From Hormiphora californensis (Eukaryota; Animalia; Ctenophora), in NCBI GenBank assembly GCA_020137815.1, contig CM035356.1, positions 1,798,001-1,862,000 of the forward strand: a stretch of 64,000 nt of DNA, read 5' to 3'. The notes beneath the pieces were generated by a model. It had not been told where the DNA came from, ran no database searches, and saw only the letters and a list, made by a program, of their open reading frames with translations. Both the position numbers and the translations under genes were made by a program. Shown in pieces: positions 56,786 to 64,000 of this stretch; the first letter of the stretch is position 1, and every line of letters starts with the position of its first letter.

Positions 56786-59700
56786 AGTATAAAAGTTGGC
56801 AAGAATGTCAGTGGGGGCAAAGTATACGAGATATGCGACATAGAAGAGGCAGAGCGAATACCAATCCTCATTTTCCTGGGAATATTTATCTCTCTGTGCA
56901 TCATCACCTTCGTCATCTCGTTTCAGGTATGTTACCATGTTACTGAATCAGCTCCTGCCAGAGCATTGGCCTGACCATATTATCATTTCACGAGAACCGC
57001 GGTCAGAGCATTTATCTGACAGCTCGAGCTGATCAGCTCCTAATCGCACCACCTATCATTGATAGGGTTACATAGGCACTTGACTATCTATCGAGCTAGT
57101 CAACTCATTCAAATCTGCTTCATTATCTGAACCATTATATCTTGAACTAGATAGCTTCGTATTGACGCACAATTCAGACCTTTATTTACAGATACTAGAT
57201 TTAGCTAGATAGTTTTGTTGAGTAAAGATTACCCAACAAAGATAGTTGTGATGTTGCTTGATTTAAAACCGGTTGAGAGATGTCAGTACTACTGCTTCAG
57301 TAGCCCTGATATCTCTGAAACGTACTGCTAGATAAGATAGGGGATCCATTACTATAATGGACTATCACTTACTATGAATCAATCATATATTCCCTGCGTA
57401 GACTTATAGCATAAATAAAACTAACGAAAGGAAGCTTTCTGGGGCGTCGAGTGATCTAGACGACAGAGATTCTATAGTCTAAGAGCCTATATGATAATAT
57501 CCTAGATTAGCTCTCGATGCATCGAGAGCTAATCTAGGATATTAAATCATATAGGCTCTTAGACTGATGTAGCAATTAGCCCAACAAAACATACCTACCT
57601 AGGCCCTTGCATTTCTAGTTCGTCTCAACGAGTTGGGAAACCTTTTGCTATTACTAAAACTTAAAAGCCTATTAGTATTACTTGTTGAGTAACCTCCACA
57701 CCTTACTCAACTTAGTATTACGGACTGTTAGGTAAGACAGCTTGTAATAAAATGCATTTTGACACTACTAAAAGAGCACTGTCTAGACTAAAAACCGTTT
57801 AGCGGGCAAGCTGTATAATACGTACTTAACGTAGTTAATACGTAGTTAATACGTAACTAGATTCTAGAATTAGACTTGGCAAGACCCTCCCGACACTCTT
57901 ATTGCCCTTGCACAGTTGAATATTAGGTTGTTCCATAAATATTGTCCCCTGGTGGTTTTTTCAAGAAACTGATCATTTGAAAGAAAACAAACGGTCCTAC
58001 GGTATTCCTGACATCCTTGGCTCCATTCCTATAGGTCGGGGATTCTACGTGCCCATACAGAAGGGTAGCTATACAAAGTAATACAAGATCGTTTACTCAG
58101 AGTTTCATGCTTTCGCAATCGTCAGAAAAATTACTTGCAAATTTTAAAACGTTCAACTTCATCTTCGACTCCTTCATCAAACCGTTTGTTGAAGTGATGC
58201 CAGGTGTCCTCTCCGGTGGGGACATTTGTTAAGAAGCTCCCATTTCTTGTTAATTAGTCCTTTCCTCGTTAATATTGCGAACTTTTCGGCCAGGCATAGA
58301 GAGCAGGTGATGTTGCCTGGGCGGTATGGTGGAGCTTTGGCGATGATCTGCCATGTTATGTCATACGTTATCTGTCTGTCATGGAGGCTCCAAACTAGTT
58401 TGGAGAGTTCTGTCGCTGTCCTGTTTTTGTCATGTCTTATTGTCGCTATGTGACCATTGAACCTAGTTTTGAATGACCCACCCGTCATTCCCACATATTT
58501 CTGTTCTACCCCGTTGCTGTGTTTGATTAGTGCTTCGTAGACTACACCGGATTTCAGGCAGGTGTTTCCCACAGGACAGTTTTCTGGAATTCTGCAGTTA
58601 CAGAGGCGTTCACTCTGTTTTTCCTCATCCTCCGCTTTCTTGAGTATCGCTTTGTTGTGAGACTTCACTATCCCGTCCAGGAAATGATCAACTGGTTCTC
58701 CTCTAAACATCGCAACAACCCAACACCCAAAAAAGCATCGCTGATCCAGTTTGACATCTGCGAATTCTATCCATCAATATCAGAGCAATTAATGGATAGA
58801 TCACTCGATTTCGCTAAAAGGTACACCGACATCAGTGCGGAACAGACTGAGACCATCAAATCATGCAGGAAAAGCGTGCTATTCAGCAATGGAAAAGTTT
58901 GGAGGAAAAAGAACAGTGATTTCGACATCACCATGGGAGCGCTGGACGGGGCAGAAGCAGCGGATCTAACGGGACTCTACCTACTAGGACAGGTGCAACA
59001 GTACCTGGAAATGAATCACAAGGGAAGCAACTGTGGACTGTACCGCGACGACGGCCTAATCTACGTAGAAAACAGCAACGGTCCTGAGATAGCCAAAATA
59101 ACAAAAGCGCTCCACAAGATCTTCAAAAACAATCAATTAAAGATAACAGTGGAACAAACAGGAAAGATAGTCAACATACTGGATGTAACACTATCGGCGA
59201 TAAACGGAAGCTACAAACCGTACAAAAAACCCAACAGCAACATCGCCTACGTGAAACGTGCTTCCAACCACCCATCATCGATACTAAAAAACATTCCAGC
59301 ATTGATACAAAAACGCCTTAGCTGTATATCCAGTACCGAGGAGGAATTCGAAGGAGCCAAAGAGGAATACCAGGCAGCCTTGAAAACAGCAGGATACAGC
59401 AAGGAGTTAATGTACGAACAAAGAGGAAGACCTGGAAAACCCAAAAACAGGAAAAGGCAAAGAAAAATCATCTGGTATAATCCACCCTTCAGCAAGAACG
59501 TCGCCACTAACATCGGAGAACGATTCTTTGAATTGGTCAGACTGCACTTCCCACGACAACATCCATTCCACGCATTGTTTAACAAGAAAACAATAAAACT
59601 TTCGTACTCATGTATGATAAACATGGACGGGATAGTGAAGTCTCACAACAAAGCGATACTCAAGAAAGCGGAGGATGAGGAAAAACAGAGTGAACGCCTC

Positions 59701-61845
59701 TGTAACTGCAGAATTCCAGAAAACTGTCCTGTGGGAAACACCTGCCTGAAATCCGGTGTAGTCTACGAAGCACTAATCAAACACAGCAACGGGGTAGAAC
59801 AGAAATATGTGGGAATGACGGGTGGGTCATTCAAAACTAGGTTCAATGGTCACATAGCGACAATAAGACACGACAAAAACAGGACAGCGACAGAACTCTC
59901 CAAACTAGTTTGGAGCCTCCATGACAGACAGATAACGTATGACATAACATGGCAGATCATCGCCAAAGCTCCACCATACCGCCCAGGCAACATCACCTGC
60001 TCTCTATGCCTGGCCGAAAAGTTCGCAATATTAACGAGGAAAGGACTAATTAACAAGAAATGGGAGCTTCTTAACAAATGTCCCCACTGGAGAGGACACC
60101 TGGCATCACTTCAACAAACGGTTTGATGAAGGAGTCGAAGATGAAGTTGAACGTTTTAAAATTTGCAAGTAATTTTTCTGACGATTGCGAAAGCATGAAA
60201 CTCTGAGTAAACGATCTTGTATTACTTTGTAATCAGCTCCAGAATCTTGATCCTGTCGAGCGCTTTACCAGCAATCCCTTTATAAGCAAAGAAGGGTAGC
60301 TATAGGTGAATTTGGTAGGCCAGTCTTGTAACGATCTTAAAACTTACTTTGGCCCATTTTGTACCTGCCCAAAACCATCTCGGTACCATCTAACCTCAGG
60401 AGAGTCATCTCTGATCCCTTTTGAGGTAGTGTGGTGAGTTACACGCATCGGAATGATGCTCAGACATCCCTATGACAACTATGTGCACGCCAAATCGACA
60501 AATTAACATTGATTTTCTGTGCAAAAAGTGGCTACCTCGCAAAATCATGTTTCTCGGCCCCAGATGTGAGATGGTCCACCTGAATGCGATTGATGGTCCT
60601 ATGTGATAAAGAAAGGTCTATTCTAGTGTTCTTAGGCCGATTGCAAGACTGTCCTTCATTGGCTTCTTCTCACGGTCATTGTTTTCTGTCAAAATTGTCT
60701 GCAGCGGCCGTTTTGAGTGAACTCTGTTTAAGGAGTGATAGCCCTAAAACGAAGGGTTCTATTCAAAAGTTAAAGGTCCCTGGAGCTCCCAGAGGATGCC
60801 CCCTAAGTCCCCAGCAGGTGAAATGAGCAGTCCATATCCTAATTTTAGCACAGGATTCGATTTAATGAGAAGGAAAAATTTCATGATCGAAATTTTGAAG
60901 ATCGTAGTAAGACATACGTGTAAAGATTGTTCCATAGTTCCTGAACTATACTATCTTGAGAAATCCCCGACCTATAGCAATAGAGCCAAGGATGCCATGA
61001 ATACCGTAGGACCGTTTGTTTTCTTTCAAATGATCAGTTTCTTGAAAAAACCACCAGGGGACAATATTTATGGAACAACCTAATATTAAAACCCTCTGGC
61101 TTTGTTCTAACCAATGGTAATCGAGCAGCCGATTTGTAATGGGGTAGTCAATATTAAAAAGTGAAAGTTTGGTTTCCAGTCGCATATATTTGACCTTTCC
61201 CATTTCTAGTAAATGACCATTGACCATTGACCAACCCCCCGCGTCCCCCCCCCCCCCCCCCAATCCCCATTCTCACTTACCCCATATCCCTTATCAGTTA
61301 AACCATTAAGTCTAACCTCCTCCCTCTTATCACTACCCCCATCTCCCTCATATCAGTTATCACTAAGTTTCTGTCAGAGCATTGGAGCGCGCGAGAACTG
61401 TGGTCAGAGCATTGGCCTGACAGCTAAGTCTAACCCCCTCCCTAATATATTTCAGGCCCGGAAGTTACCAACAAACTACAACGAGGTCACCTTTACCTGG
61501 TTCACCGTGTTCACAATTGACGTCATTATCATCTCCTTCCTCGCTGTCAACTTTACCACCAACACAGCCCACACTGGAGAGAAGGGGGCGGTTGAGCCGC
61601 TGTTCAGGATCCCCGAGGTGGTAGCTCTGATCACCACATTCAGCTCCTATCTCATCCTCTCAATGTTATTCCTGCAGAAAGTGTGGATTATTTATTTTAA
61701 ACCGGGTCAGAACAAGATACATAACTTCCCCGAGTCACCCACTATTAAGATGAAGAGGTATAGGAAGGAGAGCACGAGGTTAGCTCCTGATCTTGTTAAG
61801 ACGCCTTCCAGTGGAGCCGGGCTACTGGGACCCACTCCCATATAA
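44459..61845 (+). CDS. Class C GPCR (metabotropic glutamate receptor-like: VFT + Cys-rich + 7TM), multi-exon
   Basis: Signal peptide at 44459; VFT exons incl. ~45562-45700 (LVGPVS..QVTMG..RYPYFSR) and ~48302-48451 (ELGWNYISI); Cys-rich exons ~51903-51973 (GEPAPCFHCKKC) and ~52816-52916 (TCVKC..NLCQPI); 7TM exons ~53328-53471 (TPIIKAANKELCYVIFLG), ~56304-56351, ~56462-56675, ~56788-56926, 61456-61845 (ARKLPTNYNE..LFLQKVWIIYFKPGQN). Several middle VFT exons (49-51.5 kb) are approximate. Confidence 0.88.
46365..47360 (-). CDS. Orphan class A (rhodopsin-like) GPCR, single coding exon, nested in an intron of the class C GPCR
   Basis: 331-aa ORF: TM1 GN, TM2 NLAVSD, ECL1 WALGDEVCK, TM4 W..S.P, TM6 FTITWIP, TM7 NPFLY, helix 8 NRRYR. 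Confidence 0.92.
   Translation of the reverse strand: MSASLYRDTYSTLDRALLILWCATCLLLSISGNLLILLTSTIVIPTTKVDQFTTILLRNLAVSDIGYTLTRILPSLLSHVMYGWALGDEVCKVEAYMYLVPVFASMWLILLLSLVKVFVCLFPLSVVDINTRTATILCGVVWVVSSLPSFIAIATSVPTQVNMEIEVVCEQVPNKTIPFHYLFGILTNLEMWVPSLLIIPCNITLWQLASRYTRSHNMSNRRAITTVLSISILFTITWIPTLVEDAWRFFGDEESIPLWFNKAHLNFYFISAFGNPFLYAFINRRYREAVRNQIALASISTEGIIKKITVKAGRSVTSGNTTEVNSDQGGG
48017..48122. repeat. Imperfect inverted repeat, MITE-like
   Basis: CTCTGTCGAGGCTATAT..AGGGGGCTC ... GAGCCCCCT..ATATAGCCTCGACAGAG. Confidence 0.65.
52048..52313. mobile_element. Perfectly palindromic Tc1/pogo-type MITE with TA TSD
   Basis: TA|CAGTCGATGGGGG ... CCCCCATCGACTG|TA; symmetry axis in GGATTC|GAATCC at 52180/52181 with no spacer. 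Confidence 0.9.
53094..53325. repeat. 33-bp minisatellite directly upstream of the TM1 exon acceptor
   Basis: ~7 copies of ATCCCACCTTCCCTCCAGCCATTTCTTACCAAC-like unit. Confidence 0.9.
55330..55427. repeat. Near-perfect ~98-bp palindrome
   Basis: TCGTTTATTAAGATAAAATA..TTTAGAATAACGAAGAATCAA|TTGATTCTTCGTTATTCTAAA..TATTTTATCTTAATAAACGA. Confidence 0.85.
57476..57565. repeat. Near-perfect ~90-bp palindrome
   Basis: AGTCTAAGAGCCTATATGATAATATCCTAGATTAGCTCTCGATG|CATCGAGAGCTAATCTAGGATATTAAATCATATAGGCTCTTAGACT. Confidence 0.85.
58657..60126 (+). CDS. Penelope reverse transcriptase + GIY-YIG endonuclease (N-terminally truncated ORF)
   Basis: FDICEFYPSI, ITMGALDG, GLYRDDGL, NILDVTL, YKKP..Y...SNHP, IIWYNPPFS, KLSYSCM, CNCR..CP..CL..GVVY..KYVGMT..FKTRFNGH..C..CLAEK. 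Confidence 0.93.
   Translation: MRLHYPVQEMINWFSSKHRNNPTPKKASLIQFDICEFYPSISEQLMDRSLDFAKRYTDISAEQTETIKSCRKSVLFSNGKVWRKKNSDFDITMGALDGAEAADLTGLYLLGQVQQYLEMNHKGSNCGLYRDDGLIYVENSNGPEIAKITKALHKIFKNNQLKITVEQTGKIVNILDVTLSAINGSYKPYKKPNSNIAYVKRASNHPSSILKNIPALIQKRLSCISSTEEEFEGAKEEYQAALKTAGYSKELMYEQRGRPGKPKNRKRQRKIIWYNPPFSKNVATNIGERFFELVRLHFPRQHPFHALFNKKTIKLSYSCMINMDGIVKSHNKAILKKAEDEEKQSERLCNCRIPENCPVGNTCLKSGVVYEALIKHSNGVEQKYVGMTGGSFKTRFNGHIATIRHDKNRTATELSKLVWSLHDRQITYDITWQIIAKAPPYRPGNITCSLCLAEKFAILTRKGLINKKWELLNKCPHWRGHLASLQQTV
60163..60221 (+). ncRNA. Minimal type I hammerhead ribozyme motif in the Penelope pLTR (mirror copy 58082-58140 on - strand)
   Basis: CTGACGA-T-TGC-GAAA-GCA-T-GAAA-CTC-T-GAG-TA: both core boxes, short stem II, quasi-palindromic stem III; stem I weak (TT/AA plus CAAG/CTTG). 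Confidence 0.7.
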
Positions 61846-62203
61846 TAGACTGTGAGGCATTAGCGGGGCTACTGCCCCCACTCCCATATAATATACTGTG
61901 AGGCATTAGCGGGGTTACTGGGATGAGACTCAATATTTTAGACCCATATGCTCTTAACTATAGAAGTTAGAACTCTGAACTGTTTAATCTTATAATCTCG
62001 TGTTTTGGTGGAGTTGTGATTGAGTGCAATGGAAGGACGTCTGAAGCTTTCGGTCTTGGGGACGGGAAGTCGCTACAAGGAACAAGGGGGTGTGAAGAGA
62101 TAAATTTCAAAACGTGATGTTTTACCTTTTTATTCTTTTTTGAGACCGTTTGTTTTATTTGTACAATGTTTAAGATGGCCGCTTTTCCTTCAAGGAATGA
62201 AAA

Positions 62204-62347
<144 letters not shown>

Positions 62348-62521
62348 AGAGAGAGAGAAGGAGAAGCGGTCATCACACAGTATATGGCGGAATATGGTAC
62401 TCAATTAGCGCCAAACAATCAGTTAATTTGCGCAATTATACACACTATTCACTACCTCTAATTTCCCTGCCATGTATTGTTCGGGTATGCTGCCAGCATC
62501 CTGCTGATCCTGCTTTTTGGG

Positions 62522-63666
62522 TCCAAATAAGGGGGGGGGGGTGACACGTAACACTTTGTAACACTTTGTAACATGTGCAGAAAACTTTTTGTGCACGTTA
62601 CATGTTACAAAGTGTTACAAAGTGTTACATAGTGTTACAAAGTGTTACATAGTGTTACAAAGTGTTACATAGTGTTACAAAGTGTTACATAGTGTTACAA
62701 AGTGTTACATAGTGTTACAAAGTGTTACAAAGTGTTACAAAGTGTTACATAGTGTTACAAAGAGTTACAAAGTGTTACAAAGTGTCACAAAGTGTTACAT
62801 AGTGTCACAAAGTGTTACATAGTGTCACAAAGTGTTACAAATTGTTACAAAAACACAAGGTTTTGTAGCGAAGCAAATTTTCAATCTTTGACCAAAAAAT
62901 TGATTTTGGAAAAATGTTATTTCTTTTTCCAACAGAAACGTTGTATATCATCTTATTAAGTACAAAGAATCGATTACCAATGAAAAAAGTCGATTGGGTC
63001 ACAACTCACAGGTGACTCAGCACATTGGGGGCCTCTGAGAGGCACAATACTTCTAATATCACTCTAAAACTTTACCGTTGTCTAAAGTTCATATTTTTCT
63101 TTACCAAATGGACTATTTCAGCCCTGATTTCCACAGTCGATGACATCGGAGGCTCAAAACATCCGCAAATTAGTAAAAAAGTGTATGTTTTAACCCTAGA
63201 AATGATTTAAAACTTTTAGATGTGTTCTAGAAAGACACCAAAGTCGTTCAAATTACTTATTCACCAACCGTTGAAAATTTGCTTCGCTACAAATCCTTGT
63301 GTTTTTGTAACAATTTGTAACACTTTGTAACAATTTGTAACACTTTGTAACAATTTGTAACACTTTGTAACACTATGTAACACTTTGTAACACTATGTAA
63401 CACTTTGTAACACTATGTAACACTTTGTAACACTATGTAACACTTTGTAACACTATGTAACACTTTGTAACACTATGTAACACTTTGTAACACTATGTAA
63501 CACTTTGTAACACTATGTAACACTATGTAACACTTTGTAACACTATGTAACACTTTGTAACACTATGTAACACTTTGTAACATGTGCAGAAAACTTTTTG
63601 TGCACGTTACATGTTACAAAGTGTTACAAAGTGTTACGTGTCACCCCCCCCCCCCCCTCATTTGGA
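62522..63666. mobile_element. Foldback element with G-run near termini and long 10-bp (GTGTTACAAA/GTGTTACATA) inverted arrays
   Basis: TCCAAATAA-G11-TGACACGTAACAC ... GTGTTACGTGTCA-C14-TCATTTGGA; arrays at ~62604-62850 and ~63306-63581; no clear TSD. Confidence 0.9.
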
Positions 63667-64000
63667 GCTTCCTGCAAATTGTACATTTCCTGATTAAGTA
63701 CACACAAAACGCGGTATAATAATGTATTTGCGCGCGAAGAACCCTACTTTAAAATGCCCGCGTGTTACGACAATGTAGTCTCTATCTGCAGTAGTCTGTC
63801 CACTGTCCAGGCTTGGTCAACTTTGTCTAGCTCGACCCCCTTTTCGCGAGCTCCGAAAGGTCCAATTTTATTTGTGTGGCTCACACCGCCATTTTATTTC
63901 ATAAAATGACGCGTGTCATGGACCGTGTAGGGTGTTACTGAAAATGTGGGCAGAGGTTTACCCCTACTTTTGCGAGAATGGATATAATAACCTGCCTTGA

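Larger units (their letters stand above)
58074..60289 (+). mobile_element. Penelope-like retroelement, 5'-truncated, with inverted pseudo-LTR
   Basis: 58072-58679 is the reverse complement of 59624-60231; flanked by the 15-bp direct repeat AGAAGGGTAGCTATA (58059-58073 and 60290-60304). Confidence 0.93.
57923..61083. mobile_element. Mariner-type non-autonomous element (~930 bp), split by a Penelope insertion
   Basis: TA|TTAGGTTGTTCCATAAATATTGTCCCC ... GGGGACAATATTTATGGAACAACCTAA|TA; ~120-bp TIRs; TTAGGTTG ends are typical of mariners. Confidence 0.85.

Noticed and set aside
58177-58710. Separate GIY-YIG nuclease gene on the minus strand
   Set aside because: It is the inverted pseudo-LTR duplicate of the Penelope ORF 3' end.
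62604-63581. CRISPR-like or telomeric array
   Set aside because: Contiguous 10-mers with no unique spacers and no cas genes; they are inverted subterminal arrays of a foldback element.

Overview
Intron-rich animal genomic DNA with abundant (GA)n microsatellites. A non-bilaterian invertebrate, most plausibly a ctenophore, is an inference from the gene repertoire and style, not a proof. Genes assembled by hand from GT-AG exons: a CDK14/PFTAIRE kinase (-, ~2.2-18.8 kb); an SLC22-like MFS transporter (-); a decayed DEG/ENaC exon; a tightly packed co-oriented cluster of a DUSP11-like paralog lacking the catalytic Arg, an intact DUSP11/PIR-1 RNA 5'-phosphatase, TMEM208 and BRF1 (+, 30.5-41.5 kb); and a class C (mGluR-like) GPCR (+, 44.5-61.8 kb). 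The class C gene hosts an antisense class A GPCR in one intron and, in another, a Penelope retroelement (inverted pLTR, hammerhead motif) nested inside a mariner-type MITE. Non-coding DNA is rich in palindromic elements: G-run foldbacks with 10-bp subterminal arrays, a TTAA Kolobok-like MITE, pogo-like MITEs including a 274-bp perfect palindrome, Helitron-like 3' ends, and 53-79 bp micro-transposons with 8-bp TSDs. Most notable are the operon-like pseudo-DUSP11/DUSP11/TMEM208/BRF1 cluster and the two unusual transposon families. All calls were made by eye; coordinates may be off by a few bases.
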